From: Candidatus Moraniibacteriota bacterium
GTDB lineage: Bacteria > Patescibacteriota > Minisyncoccia > Moranbacterales > GCA-2747515
NCBI GenBank assembly: GCA_040772365.1
Contig: JAXGYI010000008.1
Coordinates: 1-58,398, forward strand
Length of the DNA: 58,398 nt
Direction of reading: 5' to 3'
The notes under the pieces are model-generated. The model saw only the letters and a list, made by a program, of their open reading frames with translations. It had not been told where the DNA came from and did no database searches. Of this stretch, positions 1 through 10,368 are shown in pieces. The translations under genes and the position numbers were made by a program. Position 1 is the first letter of the stretch. Every line of letters starts with the position of its first letter.

Positions 1-94
1 CTTGAAAATGACACTGCTGATTGCTGTGATGTTGGTGGTGCCGGCGTTTGTGCTGTCTTTGGGTAGGTCACGATAGTAGTAGATAGTACCACGA

Positions 95-1306
95 TCAAAG
101 CACACCGTGATTAGGGTGTGCTTTTTGATGTATGCCAAGTACCATGAGTGTAGTGATGATCCAAAAGAGGTGTCCACGATCAATGCCCCACAATGACGTA
201 TCTGTACACCCAGTGATGATGATAAGAAAGAGGGTGAGTGCCGGAGAGAGGATGTGTTTCTGGTGACGGTGTACAAAACCAAGGAAAAAGATGCGCGAAA
301 AAAGTATCATGTACGTAGTTAGTGCAAGAATACCACCGGAAAAAAGCAGTGTCAGTGCGAGATTGTGTGGTGTTGGCACGGCCCAATCATTATACGGTGG
401 AAAAAATGGCTGCACAGCAAGGTATGCGGATTGAAAACTGTCAATCTCATGACCAATAAGGGTATTATTGTGCAAAAGAAATTGTGTAGTGTCCCATATC
501 ATCAAACGGGATGTGATTGATGAGTGTGTGTAAAACATGGGACTATTAATGGCCTTGATACTAACTACACTAACAAAGAGTAAGATGAGTAACGTGCCAC
601 CAATGAAGTATGTGCGCCACTGATATGAGTGAGTTGTGATATACCACAGTGTTACTGTTATTGTGAGGGCAAGGAGACTGGAAAGAGACTGTGTGAGAAC
701 TAATATGCCACCTGTACAAGCCAGGAGGGGAATGACGAGGTATCTACGGCTACGAAATATTGCACGAGAGGAGAGCATGAAGAAAAAAATTGGTGCAAGG
801 AGCATGGCAAGTTGATTGGGAGATGTGTAGAAACTTCCCTGTACGCGGTGATCAAAGGTAATGGCGCCTGTAAAAACAGTGATGCACGCGTCAGTAATAA
901 GGAGGATAAGGAGGAATAGAAGAGCTGTGGTAATAGTGTGAGATGTTTTTTTCGGATGAGGTGAGTAGTGAGAAATGCAAAAGGCAGTGCAGAGAGGAAG
1001 AAAAAGCCATTCAATGACGACGCCATAAGCATGTGAGGAGGGATTGTAGAGAAGCGTGGGAATAAAGGCAATGATGCACAGTACACCATAATACCACAGT
1101 AAATTTTCTCGTGGAGGAGTAATAGGTGTATGCCGCCAAAATGCGTAGAGTGGCAATGTTATACACACAAGGATAGCAAAGAGCGACACGATGCTGATTG
1201 ACGTGGTTGCAAAGGGAATGCGTAGAGAGAAAAACGGTAGTGAAAGAATGTATAGCGTAATGAGTGTTGCAGGGAGTACGTTACTGTGCAACCGAAGGAT
1301 TTTCAT
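95..1306 (-). CDS. O-antigen ligase (Wzy_C/WaaL-like) family membrane protein
   Basis: Multi-TM ORF with 'PNQLA', 'SRLMIW' and 'PHNLAL..G.L' motifs. Start set at the ATG at 1306 to minimise overlap with the upstream gene. Confidence 0.75.
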   Translation of the reverse strand: MKILRLHSNVLPATLITLYILSLPFFSLRIPFATTSISIVSLFAILVCITLPLYAFWRHTPITPPRENLLWYYGVLCIIAFIPTLLYNPSSHAYGVVIEWLFLPLCTAFCISHYSPHPKKTSHTITTALLFLLILLITDACITVFTGAITFDHRVQGSFYTSPNQLAMLLAPIFFFMLSSRAIFRSRRYLVIPLLACTGGILVLTQSLSSLLALTITVTLWYITTHSYQWRTYFIGGTLLILLFVSVVSIKAINSPMFYTHSSITSRLMIWDTTQFLLHNNTLIGHEIDSFQSAYLAVQPFFPPYNDWAVPTPHNLALTLLFSGGILALTTYMILFSRIFFLGFVHRHQKHILSPALTLFLIIITGCTDTSLWGIDRGHLFWIITTLMVLGIHQKAHPNHGVL

Positions 1307-2546
1307 AAGATGATGCCAATGCACACAGGAGTAATAGGAGAGGGAAAACATGCACAGAAAAGAGCGGTGTATCAAATAGTGCATGTGTACAGAATATACT
1401 CAATGCTATTATACCAGAAAAAGCTAGAGGATCTTTGCGATGGCGCACAAAAATGATGCATACAGAGAAAATGATTGCGCAAAAAAAACATAATCCCACA
1501 AAACCTGTTTCTACGGCAATATCTAGGTACGTGTTGTGAGCGTAAATTGGCGTGCGGTAGTCAGCTGTTGGGTCAACATGATGTGCGTAGGCTCCAAGAC
1601 CGCTTCCGAATAAGGGTTTTTGCAGAGTGAAGTTCCATGCATCGCGCCAGAGCTCAATACGGTGCGTACTTGAAAAATCACCAGCATGAAATGAGGAGAG
1701 AAAACGCTCAGTAACAATGTTTTGTGGGAGGAGGAATATACCAATGATCGTAATGGCGGCACACGCCGTGAGAGCGCGTAGATGTGATGGCACAGTGTGC
1801 CACAGTAGTACAAGAGCGACAATACCACCAATACACAGCCCCATATAGCCACCACGGGAAAATGTAAGGAGGTTGGCCAATGTGATCATCAGCGCAATTG
1901 TGAGGTGTAGCGGACGACGCGATTGCACAAAGAGCATCCATGAAAAAGGCAGTGTAATGCCGGTATAAAATGCAAGGATGTGTGGGTCGGGGAAAAATGC
2001 TACAGTGCGCATGAGGTCCATGGAGGCAACATGGACAAGCCAACTATTATAGGTAACGACGGCTTCGCCAAAATTTGTGCCAAGAAAAAAATGTGCAAGT
2101 GTACCCCACAGAGTAATTGTTGTAGGAAGAGAAATAATAAATTGTAGTAAAAATTGTACTAATGCAACAAATGCAGCACATCCCGTGCCATAGATCCACG
2201 CAGTAACAATCGTTGCACGATGGCTTGGTGTATGAACAATAAGATCAGTAATGAAAAAAAACAATGGCGCAAAGAGCGTAAAAAAGAGAAACTTGCGCAT
2301 GGTCCACAGAGGAACATCACTGACGAAAAATGACGTACCGATCCACATGAAAAAGAGTGCCATGCTTACCACAACAGTTCCACGGGGGATGAAAAACCGT
2401 CGCACTACGAGATTATGTATACATAACCATAGACCGAGCATCAGAGCGGCTAACCGTGCAAGAGAGAGATCAATTGATCCAACACTTAGAGCAAACTGAA
2501 ATGGTAGGAGTGCAAAGAAGAGGCTGATGGTGGTGTGACGTGTCAT
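1281..2546 (-). CDS. O-antigen ligase family protein
   Basis: Multi-TM protein with 'TFSRGG', 'RIELW...P.FGSGLG' and 'AHNTYLDIAVETGFVG' Wzy_C motifs. Confidence 0.85.
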   Translation of the reverse strand: MTRHTTISLFFALLPFQFALSVGSIDLSLARLAALMLGLWLCIHNLVVRRFFIPRGTVVVSMALFFMWIGTSFFVSDVPLWTMRKFLFFTLFAPLFFFITDLIVHTPSHRATIVTAWIYGTGCAAFVALVQFLLQFIISLPTTITLWGTLAHFFLGTNFGEAVVTYNSWLVHVASMDLMRTVAFFPDPHILAFYTGITLPFSWMLFVQSRRPLHLTIALMITLANLLTFSRGGYMGLCIGGIVALVLLWHTVPSHLRALTACAAITIIGIFLLPQNIVTERFLSSFHAGDFSSTHRIELWRDAWNFTLQKPLFGSGLGAYAHHVDPTADYRTPIYAHNTYLDIAVETGFVGLCFFCAIIFSVCIIFVRHRKDPLAFSGIIALSIFCTHALFDTPLFSVHVFPLLLLLCALASSYENPSVAQ

Positions 2547-3325
2547 GTGTGCGGGTGGAGCACGCGCAGGATGCGTAGGATGCGTGCCTGCAGTGATCCG
2601 CGATGTTTACGGATAAAAAGGTCTTGTGACGTATAATAGCACGTTTTTTGAAATGCGCGATTACCAGCCGTACTTACTCCACTGCTGTGGAGTAGTGTGT
2701 ATGATGGATCACGTATGATACGCCCACCAGAGGCATGGACACGCTCACAGAGATCGGCGTCTTCAAAGTACAAAAAAAACTCTTCATCAAAACCACCAAG
2801 CTGACGTAAAAATGCTGTAGAGCCACAGAGTGCAGCGCCACTAATCCAGCGAGGCATGTGTTGTGTAGTGCTATGCCAGGGCTTGGGGGAGATGTGGATA
2901 TTGTTGGCAATGATCGAGGGAAGAGTAATAGTGTTGCCGCATGACCATGCTTGCGGAGTACCATCAATATTATATATGGCGGGCGCAGCAAGTGTGGCGT
3001 TGTCGGAGCAGAGTGTTGTTAGAGATAAGAGATTTGCGCTAAAGGAATGCGTATCAGGGTTGAGAAAGAGCGTGTAGTGTTTAGTGGCATGAGTGAGGCC
3101 ATGGTTGCACGCCGCGCCAAAACCGATATTGCGATTGATTTCTATGATGCGCAAAGGTATTTGCGCTGTTAGAGAGAGGGGTGCTACATCATTATTGACG
3201 ACAATTACCTCAGTATCTGCGGTGTGGGCAATACGTGTAAGATCGGCTACACATCGGCGTAAAGCCTCGGTGCTATGGTAGTTGACGATAATGATAGAGA
3301 CACTATTAACGTGTATGTGAGACAT
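2543..3325 (-). CDS. Glycosyltransferase family 2
   Basis: 'SIIIVNY', 'NIGFGAACN', 'FLNPD', 'FDEEFFLYFEDADL'. Confidence 0.9.
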   Translation of the reverse strand: MSHIHVNSVSIIIVNYHSTEALRRCVADLTRIAHTADTEVIVVNNDVAPLSLTAQIPLRIIEINRNIGFGAACNHGLTHATKHYTLFLNPDTHSFSANLLSLTTLCSDNATLAAPAIYNIDGTPQAWSCGNTITLPSIIANNIHISPKPWHSTTQHMPRWISGAALCGSTAFLRQLGGFDEEFFLYFEDADLCERVHASGGRIIRDPSYTLLHSSGVSTAGNRAFQKTCYYTSQDLFIRKHRGSLQARILRILRVLHPHT

Positions 3326-4178
3326 AGTCGCGAAAAGCATGATAAACAGGTTGTGCAAGTGGTGTCTGGCGCATGCGATCGAGGGTATTTTTGATACGTC
3401 GGAGGAAGAAAGAGACGTGGAACCACACCTTGTTTAAACCATAGAGATGCTTGTGGAAAAAAAACAGTCCAGAAAGTACGAGGAAGTAGGTTTTTTGTGT
3501 CGGATCATGTTCGCTAACTTCTGTGTGAAGTGCCTTTGCAGCGGTAATAATACCTAAGGATAAACCTGCTTTTTGTGCGCGTACGGAGAGGTCGGCGTCT
3601 TCATAGTAGAGGAAGAACTGTTCATCAAAAAAGCCAATAGTGTCACATACATGTCGGTCAATTGTCATAACACATCCAGTGATATAGTCTGTTTCTGTGA
3701 TAATGGTGTTTTGAGGAATGACTGCGATGGGTGTGTGTACTGCACGGAAACGCCACCAGTGAATTGTACCACCAGCAAACCATGGGGATGTGTAGTGAGT
3801 ATCACGATAAATTACGGGAGAGGCAATGTGAATGGCGTGCGCTTGCATGGCGGTATAAATCTGATGCATGCACTCTGGATCAAGAAGAGCATCCGGATTA
3901 CAGAGCGTCATTGTTGTAGCGCCGCGCTCATAAGCGTAGCGCATACCAAGGTTTGCTGCAGCACCAAATCCAATATTATGGGTGTTGTGGATATATGCGA
4001 GCGTTGGGAATGCTTGCTTGCACAGACTGAGAGAGTGGTCTGTAGAAGCATTGTCAACAACGATAATATGTGGCGTGATGGATTTGCTTGCGAAAATACT
4101 ACGAATACACGCAACACTATCTGTGCCAGAGTTGTAATTTACAATAACAAAAAAATGGCGAGGATGATGCGAGGGCAT
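3306..4178 (-). CDS. Glycosyltransferase family 2
   Basis: 'VVDNAS.D', 'NIGFGAAAN', 'FDEQFFLYYEDADL'. Confidence 0.9.
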   Translation of the reverse strand: MPSHHPRHFFVIVNYNSGTDSVACIRSIFASKSITPHIIVVDNASTDHSLSLCKQAFPTLAYIHNTHNIGFGAAANLGMRYAYERGATTMTLCNPDALLDPECMHQIYTAMQAHAIHIASPVIYRDTHYTSPWFAGGTIHWWRFRAVHTPIAVIPQNTIITETDYITGCVMTIDRHVCDTIGFFDEQFFLYYEDADLSVRAQKAGLSLGIITAAKALHTEVSEHDPTQKTYFLVLSGLFFFHKHLYGLNKVWFHVSFFLRRIKNTLDRMRQTPLAQPVYHAFRDYVSHTR

Positions 4179-4187
4179 AGAAGTAGG

Positions 4188-5594
4188 CTAGCGGGATACT
4201 AATTGTAGTATATCATTGCGCGTGATGACGCGAAAGACAAAGAGAGCTATGACGTAGGCAGCTGTTGCTGCGATGGTCGTTGGAATAAGGGCAAAAGGTG
4301 AAAGCAGTAGCAGTGCAAGCATGAGTGCACCGGCGAGTAAAATAAAACCAATACGTAGCGATGCAAAAAGAAATGGTGTTGCAGTGCGTATGAGTAGGAG
4401 TGCTGCTACAGCGACGAAGAACTCTGTGGCAATGGATGTGTAAGCAGCACCAATGTATGAAAAAAAAGTAATAAATACAAAATTTGCAAGGATGTTGCCA
4501 ATGGCAGCGGCGCACTGAATATACATTAATTTTTTTTGTTGTGATGCCACAATGGCAATACTTGTAAACAGTTGTCCAAAGAAAATAAAAATAAGCGTGA
4601 AGGAGAGGATGCGTAATACGGGTACAGATGCTGTAAATTCTGTGCCACCAACGATGCGTATAATGGGATCAGCAAGTGCAATCAGGGCAATAACAATTGG
4701 AATGAGAATGATGATAAAAATTTTAAGAATGGTATTTGCAATAATATTGAACATCTGTGTGTTGGTAAAGACATAGCGTGACAGCAATGGAAACACCAGT
4801 CCAATGATCATGGCGGGGAAAAAGATGATCGTCTCGATGATTTTGTAGGCGGCACCATAAATACCAACATCGTGTTGATTTTGTAAAAAAGAAAGAAGAA
4901 TCGTATCACACTTAAAGTAGAGAAAGGTCACGATGGCTGTGATACCGATTGGAGCAGATTCTTTGAGGAAAGAGCGCCAGAAAGGAAAATCAATGGTTAC
5001 AGTAAGGTGCACCCAGCGTCGTGCCATCCAAAATACGAGCAGGAAACTCCACAATGTTGTTACAAGAAGGCTAGATGCAACAAAAACAAATGATAGCTGT
5101 GCGGTGATGGCGTACATAATGATACCAACCTGGAGGATTTTACCACTTAACTCTGCAAGTGCCACGCGATCCATGGCGATGTGCTTTTGAAAAAGACCAT
5201 TTAAAAGACCATAGCTGGAAGAGAAGATGAAGGCAACCGCAGCAATAAGAATACTGATCCGTACATCGTTTTCATAGGGGAGAAACCACACGCCAACACC
5301 AACACCTGCAGTGATGAGGAGAGAAATACTTGTACGTAGTGTAAAAATACGACTCAAAATGTAGGACTCATCAGCACCTTCGCGTGAGATTTCCCGCGTG
5401 GCAATGGTATACAATCCAAAATCACCAATTGCACCAAAGAATGCAAAAAACGCCAACATCGTTGTATATTTACCAAAGCCATCTGTGCCAAGATAGCGTG
5501 TAAGCATGCCAATAGCAATAAGGGCCAAGGCAATGGAAGCGACCTTGGCCAGGCTATTCACGATCACATTATAGGTGATTTTTTTGGCAATCAT
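4188..5594 (-). CDS. Oligosaccharide flippase (Wzx/MOP superfamily)
   Basis: 12-14 TM protein with 'RYLG.DGFGKY', 'DFGL..IATREIS' and 'DTILL...VGIYGAAYK'. Confidence 0.88.
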   Translation of the reverse strand: MIAKKITYNVIVNSLAKVASIALALIAIGMLTRYLGTDGFGKYTTMLAFFAFFGAIGDFGLYTIATREISREGADESYILSRIFTLRTSISLLITAGVGVGVWFLPYENDVRISILIAAVAFIFSSSYGLLNGLFQKHIAMDRVALAELSGKILQVGIIMYAITAQLSFVFVASSLLVTTLWSFLLVFWMARRWVHLTVTIDFPFWRSFLKESAPIGITAIVTFLYFKCDTILLSFLQNQHDVGIYGAAYKIIETIIFFPAMIIGLVFPLLSRYVFTNTQMFNIIANTILKIFIIILIPIVIALIALADPIIRIVGGTEFTASVPVLRILSFTLIFIFFGQLFTSIAIVASQQKKLMYIQCAAAIGNILANFVFITFFSYIGAAYTSIATEFFVAVAALLLIRTATPFLFASLRIGFILLAGALMLALLLLSPFALIPTTIAATAAYVIALFVFRVITRNDILQLVSR

Positions 5595-6079
5595 AGCGCA
5601 TCCATGATGCTTTGGGGCTTGATAACAACTTTACGATCTAGGCCCTCACCAATACTCTCTGAGCTTACGCGCTCATCTGATCCGGCAACAGTATGGACAA
5701 TGCGACGCTCATAGGCATTCATGGGTCGCAGAACAATAGGTTTTTTTTCACGATGCGCTTGATTTGCAGCATCTTTTGCAATAGCAGTAATCATGCGATC
5801 CTTATCGTCTTTATAGTCGTTAATATCGACATGGACGCGTTGTGTAATGCCTTTTTTATATGCGATAGAGCGAATAAGGTGTTCAAAGGCATAGAGATTT
5901 GCACCGTGCTGACCGATGAGAAGACGAGAGTATTCTCGCGGGGTTTTAATAGTGCAATGAAACACAGTTTTTTGACTACGGGTATCAATGTGTTCTTTTA
6001 CGGAGCAGCTGCCTTCAAACCCCATGACATCAATCAGTGTTTGAATAATGCGCTCCAATGCATCATACGGATTTTCCAT
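5591..6079 (-). CDS. jag: Jag/KhpB (EloR) KH + R3H RNA-binding protein
   Basis: 'LIGQHGANL', 'PMNAYERRIVH' (R3H), 'SESIGEG..RKVVI'; adjacent to yidC. Confidence 0.9.
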   Translation of the reverse strand: MENPYDALERIIQTLIDVMGFEGSCSVKEHIDTRSQKTVFHCTIKTPREYSRLLIGQHGANLYAFEHLIRSIAYKKGITQRVHVDINDYKDDKDRMITAIAKDAANQAHREKKPIVLRPMNAYERRIVHTVAGSDERVSSESIGEGLDRKVVIKPQSIMDAL

Positions 6080-6136
6080 AGAGTGTATACAGATTACAGA
6101 GATTAGAGAATAAAACAATGATATGTACTACGGTGT

Positions 6137-6874
6137 TCATGCGGTGTCTTCTCGCATGGTCCACCACTGCTGCACGATCATGAAAGCTGTCGATGCGAAC
6201 CAGTACAGGAGAAGCCCGGAGGGGAATTTTATACCAATGAACAGTGTCATAAGTGGTACGAAAAAGAGCATTTGTTTTTGCATGATGCTGGCAAAGTCAG
6301 GCATGTCTGATTTATCTGTCTCGCGCTTCTGTGTAGATTTTTCTTCAGGACTAGTCTTTGGTTGCATCATTTTCATCTGGTAGAATTGTGCTGCAGCTGT
6401 AATGATGGCTAAAAGAATATTGGGCTCAGCAAGTGGCATGATGCCGATAAAAAGAGGGTCGATGGTTTGGGGAAATGCAACAAAGGAATAGAGGTGGTTT
6501 GGGTCTACGGAAATAGTATGATCGTAGGATGAGTTCATAATGACACGATAGAGAGTGATGAGGAGTGTCATTTGCACGATGAGCGGTAGGCAGCCGGCAG
6601 CTGGATTAATGCGGTGTTTTTTGTATAGTGCAAGTGTTTCTCGAGAGAGTTTTTCCTTATCATCCTTGTATTTCTTTTGCAGTTCTTTGATTTTTGGTTG
6701 GATCTCCTGCATCTCTTTTTGTGATCGAATCTGTGTACGAGACAGAGGGATTAGGAGTACTTTGACAATAATAGTAAGCACGATAAGCGCAATACCGAAA
6801 TCGCCAAGGATATTATAGAGTGCAACAAGGGCGTTATAGACAGGTTGATAGATTGTAAGGAAAAGAAGTTCCAT
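6137..6874 (-). CDS. yidC: Membrane protein insertase YidC/Oxa1
   Basis: 'MQEIQPKIKELQKKYK', 'INPAAGCLPLIVQ', 'PSGLLLYW'. Confidence 0.95.
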   Translation of the reverse strand: MELLFLTIYQPVYNALVALYNILGDFGIALIVLTIIVKVLLIPLSRTQIRSQKEMQEIQPKIKELQKKYKDDKEKLSRETLALYKKHRINPAAGCLPLIVQMTLLITLYRVIMNSSYDHTISVDPNHLYSFVAFPQTIDPLFIGIMPLAEPNILLAIITAAAQFYQMKMMQPKTSPEEKSTQKRETDKSDMPDFASIMQKQMLFFVPLMTLFIGIKFPSGLLLYWFASTAFMIVQQWWTMREDTA

Positions 6875-6880
6875 AGGTGT

Positions 6881-7225
6881 TTAATGTAATAAGAGATTAG
6901 CGCGGAGAAATAATGCGTTTAAAATTTTTACAGCCTCTCTATATGGTAGCACGTCGGTGCGATTTGTATAGATGATAATAAGATCTACAGAAGGGCGTAT
7001 AGAGGGGTATAGTGCACGGCATGCAGCCTGAAGAATACGTCGTTGCCGATTACGCGCCACGGCAGATGGGCACGTCTTCTTACTGATAACACAGGATATA
7101 CGTGTGTGGCGATGTGTGGTAGGAAGCCAAAATAACAACACGCCACTGCTATAGTGGCGCGTCCCCATTGTATAAACACGGTGAAAATCAGATGTGGTGT
7201 GTAGACGCGCGATGGAGGGTAGCAT
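6881..7225 (-). CDS. rnpA: Ribonuclease P protein component
   Basis: 'ISKK...AVARNRQRR' RNR motif; canonical position after rpmH. Confidence 0.9.
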   Translation of the reverse strand: MLPSIARLHTTSDFHRVYTMGTRHYSSGVLLFWLPTTHRHTRISCVISKKTCPSAVARNRQRRILQAACRALYPSIRPSVDLIIIYTNRTDVLPYREAVKILNALFLRANLLLH

Positions 7226-7245
7226 GTGCGTTGAAAAAACGCGTA

Positions 7246-7380
7246 TTAGGCACTAATGCGGACACGCCCTTTGCTACGACGACGCTTCAAGACAGCTTGC
7301 CCAGCTTTTGTGCGCATGCGAGAAAGGAAACCATGGACGCGTTTGCGGCGCCGATTTTTTGGTTGATGGGTCTGCTTCAT
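7246..7380 (-). CDS. rpmH: 50S ribosomal protein L34
   Basis: Manually translated (below the ORF-track cutoff): [44 protein letters not shown]. Confidence 0.97.
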   Translation of the reverse strand: MKQTHQPKNRRRKRVHGFLSRMRTKAGQAVLKRRRSKGRVRISA

Positions 7381-7412
7381 AATCACTAATACAGTACGGA
7401 AATAACCCCCAT

Positions 7413-7441
7413 AGAATAGCACATGATTGCATAAGAGTCAA
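7413..7441 (-). promoter_or_regulatory. sigma70-type promoter for the rpmH operon
   Basis: TTGACT-17 nt-TATTCT with a TG extension on the minus strand. Confidence 0.65.
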
Positions 7442-7521
7442 TAAATACTAGGATTGTATGCATCATGTGTAGTACATCAGTGACGCTTCCTCACAGAAGT
7501 GAGTGAAAGTGGAGAAGAGGT

Positions 7522-7668
7522 TTATCCACAGGTTATAAACAAACTGGGGATAAATATGCGCATTTGGCGGAACAAGTAACGGTTGCTATAATGCTAAATA
7601 CGTAATGGTTCAAATAAGTACACACATGTGTGCATATTATGTGTATAAGTGATATGCTGTGTGTATAA
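7522..7668. promoter_or_regulatory. DnaA-box cluster (oriC-like and/or dnaA autoregulation) plus dnaA promoter
   Basis: TTATCCACA at 7522-7530; TGTGTATAA at 7640-7648 and 7660-7668; near-matches at 7533 and 7545; TTGGCG-17-TATAAT at 7564-7592. Confidence 0.75.
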
Positions 7669-7735
7669 ACATAGCGGAAAGATAGTTGGGGGCACGTCTT
7701 TTCGTAGCCTATACAGGAAAGTAATGATCTATACT

Positions 7736-9178
7736 ATGTCAATAAGTGATTACGAGCAGCTGTGGAGCTCTGCCCTTGGAACAATCGAGCTTTCTATTTC
7801 TAAGGCAAATTTTAGTACGTGGTTCAAAAGCACAAAGATTCTCTCCATGGAAAATAATCATGTTGTGATTGGTGTGCCAAATGGGTTTGCTAAGGAGTGG
7901 CTAGAAAATAAATATCAGTCATATATCCTACAAGCATTGCGTCGCGAGCGTCCAGAAGTATATAGCATGAGCTGTGCAGTTTATAATCCACAAGAGTTGG
8001 ATCAGCAGGCTATGCAAGCGACGAAGCAAGAGTCATTGCGTGCAGCACCATCTATGCATCGTACACACATGGAGAGCGTTGCTACGCCACATGTAGCGTC
8101 GGCGGTGTCTGTGCAGGTGCCACATCAAGAAAACAGCCTGCTGACCACAAATATTGTCAGCCTCAATAATCGATATACGTTTGATAATTTTATTGTGGGA
8201 GAGCATAATGAGCTTGCTAAGGCGGCGTGTCATGCAGTATGTGAGAATTTGGGACGTATTTATAATCCGCTTTTTATTTATGGCAAGGTTGGTCTTGGAA
8301 AAACACATCTCCTGCAAGCCATTGGCAACCACGTTCGCGAACATGATGCAAAAAAACGTATTGTTTATACAACATCAGAGCGCTTTACAGCAGATTTGGT
8401 TAGTGCAATCAAAAATAATAAGGCGGATAAATTTAAAGATGAATATCAAAAAGTTGACCTGTTAATCATTGATGATGTGCAGTTTTTGGCAGGAAAAGAA
8501 AAAACACAGCAAGAATTCTTCCATATCTTTAACGTGCTGTATAATTTAAATAAACAAATCGTCATTTCTAGCGATCGTCCACCAAAGGCAATTAGCACAC
8601 TTGAAGAACGACTGCGATCACGTTTTGAAGGAGGAATGATTGTTGATGTCAGTCAGCCAGATTTGGAGACGCGCATCGCTATTTTGCGTGCAAAAGCGAT
8701 GGAAAAAGGGTTTTATCTGACAGATGAGGTATTGCGTTTTATGTCAGAGAATATTAAGAATAACATTCGCGAACTAGAAGGCGCGTTGAATCGAGTGATT
8801 GCAATCTGTGATTTACGTAAACAAGAACCCACGAGAGAGTTAGTGGAGCAGGCGCTGGGGGAGATTATTCAAAGCAGCAAGAAGAAATGTGTACAGAATA
8901 AAGAGGTCGTGGATGTGATTGCAGAATTTTATGAAGTTAGTCGTGAGGACTTGATGCGGAAGGGACGTAAAAAGGAAATTGTCTATCCACGGCAAATTGC
9001 TATGTATCTTTTACGTAAAGAACTGAACATGTCCTATCCAGGCATTGGTAAGTACTTTAATGGTCGCGATCATACAACAGCACTGCATGCTTATGAAAAA
9101 ATTAGCAAGGAGCTCAATAACAATGATCGCCTTAAGGAAGAAATTAGTTTTATTCGTGAAAGGCTGTATTCAATGTAG
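7736..9178 (+). CDS. dnaA: Chromosomal replication initiator DnaA
   Basis: 'YNPLFIYGKVGLGKTHL', 'DLLIIDDVQF', 'RELEGAL', 'GRDHTT'. Confidence 0.98.
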   Translation: MSISDYEQLWSSALGTIELSISKANFSTWFKSTKILSMENNHVVIGVPNGFAKEWLENKYQSYILQALRRERPEVYSMSCAVYNPQELDQQAMQATKQESLRAAPSMHRTHMESVATPHVASAVSVQVPHQENSLLTTNIVSLNNRYTFDNFIVGEHNELAKAACHAVCENLGRIYNPLFIYGKVGLGKTHLLQAIGNHVREHDAKKRIVYTTSERFTADLVSAIKNNKADKFKDEYQKVDLLIIDDVQFLAGKEKTQQEFFHIFNVLYNLNKQIVISSDRPPKAISTLEERLRSRFEGGMIVDVSQPDLETRIAILRAKAMEKGFYLTDEVLRFMSENIKNNIRELEGALNRVIAICDLRKQEPTRELVEQALGEIIQSSKKKCVQNKEVVDVIAEFYEVSREDLMRKGRKKEIVYPRQIAMYLLRKELNMSYPGIGKYFNGRDHTTALHAYEKISKELNNNDRLKEEISFIRERLYSM

Positions 9179-9222
9179 ATACGATAATTATAAATCTCTA
9201 TTTTTTAACATAGCACAATTTT

Positions 9223-10365
9223 ATGCAGGCAACATGTACATACGAAAATCTCAAAAACGCTCTTCACGTCACAGAGGTTGCTACAAGCAAGGGTGTAACG
9301 CTCTCTATTCTTCACAACATACTCATTGAGACGGATGGTAGCCAACTAAGTCTCTCCGCGACAAATTTAGAGATCGGTATTATTAAAAAAATTCAAGCGA
9401 AAATTGATGCTCCAGGAAAGATTGTTGTGCCGGCAAGTTTACTGAGTAGTTTTTTAACAGCATTACGTGGAACAGATCATGTGTCATTACATGTGGATGG
9501 GCGCATCTTAACAGTAGAAAGTGGTGCACATAAGGCAAGAATTAACGGTTTTGACGTTGATGAGTTTCCTATTATTCCACAAGGCACAGCGCGTAATGCT
9601 ATGGAGATGACGTTGGCGCCATTGAAAAGCAGCATTGCTAAAGTAGCACACTTTACATCAAAGAGTGAAACGCGGATTGAATTGACGGGTGTGTGTATGA
9701 TGCTTGGAGAAGATGTGATTTCTTTAGCGGCAACGGATAGTTTTCGCTTAGGAGAAATACGCTTACCAGCTAAAGACGTAGCACGTGATAGTGTGGCGTA
9801 CCGTAATATTGCAGCTGCATCACCACAGATGATTTTACCGCAGCAGCTATGTGCATACATTGCCAAATTATCGGATGAGTATGTCGTAACACAGTTTTCT
9901 GTAGAAGATAACCACCTCTTTTTGAATTGTGGTGATTTAGTTATCACAGCGCGCCTGATTGATGGGGCATATCCGGATTATGTGCAAATTATTCCACAGA
10001 ATATTACCACAGAGGTTATGATGAGTAAGGAGGTTTTGCTGGAAGCAATGAAGGTGACAACAGTTTTTACAGGACGCGAAAGTGGCGAGATCCGTTTTGT
10101 TGTCAAAAAAGACACCCTAACAATCACAACACGTCAACAGGAGATTGGAGAAAATATGACAGAGCTTCCGGTAAAAGTTAGCGGTCCCGAACAAGAACTA
10201 GTGCTTAATCCACGATACGTTATTGATGGTGTTGGGAGAATCGATCAAGAAGATGTGTCTATGGGCATTAACGGCAATGCTGCACCAGTGGTTTTTCGTG
10301 GCAGTGATTCTGGTACAAAAGTGGATACCTATACCTATATCGTCATGCCCGTCAAAAGTGTGTAA
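9223..10365 (+). CDS. dnaN: DNA polymerase III beta sliding clamp
   Basis: 'ATNLEIGI', 'AATDSFRL', 'RLIDGAYPDY', C-terminal 'IVMPV'. Confidence 0.95.
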   Translation: MQATCTYENLKNALHVTEVATSKGVTLSILHNILIETDGSQLSLSATNLEIGIIKKIQAKIDAPGKIVVPASLLSSFLTALRGTDHVSLHVDGRILTVESGAHKARINGFDVDEFPIIPQGTARNAMEMTLAPLKSSIAKVAHFTSKSETRIELTGVCMMLGEDVISLAATDSFRLGEIRLPAKDVARDSVAYRNIAAASPQMILPQQLCAYIAKLSDEYVVTQFSVEDNHLFLNCGDLVITARLIDGAYPDYVQIIPQNITTEVMMSKEVLLEAMKVTTVFTGRESGEIRFVVKKDTLTITTRQQEIGENMTELPVKVSGPEQELVLNPRYVIDGVGRIDQEDVSMGINGNAAPVVFRGSDSGTKVDTYTYIVMPVKSV

Positions 10366-10368
10366 GCT

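Noticed and set aside
1-97. Possible start of a minus-strand gene running off the window edge
   Set aside because: An open frame exists (LIVVLSTTIVTYPKTAQTPAPP...) but it is too short and has no clear start.
7649-7735. Extended N-termini from the ORF track (dnaA, uvrA, ruvB, yebC, lipase, OFOR alpha)
   Set aside because: The extensions overlap promoters or DnaA boxes or precede the conserved N-terminal motifs, so downstream ATGs were chosen.
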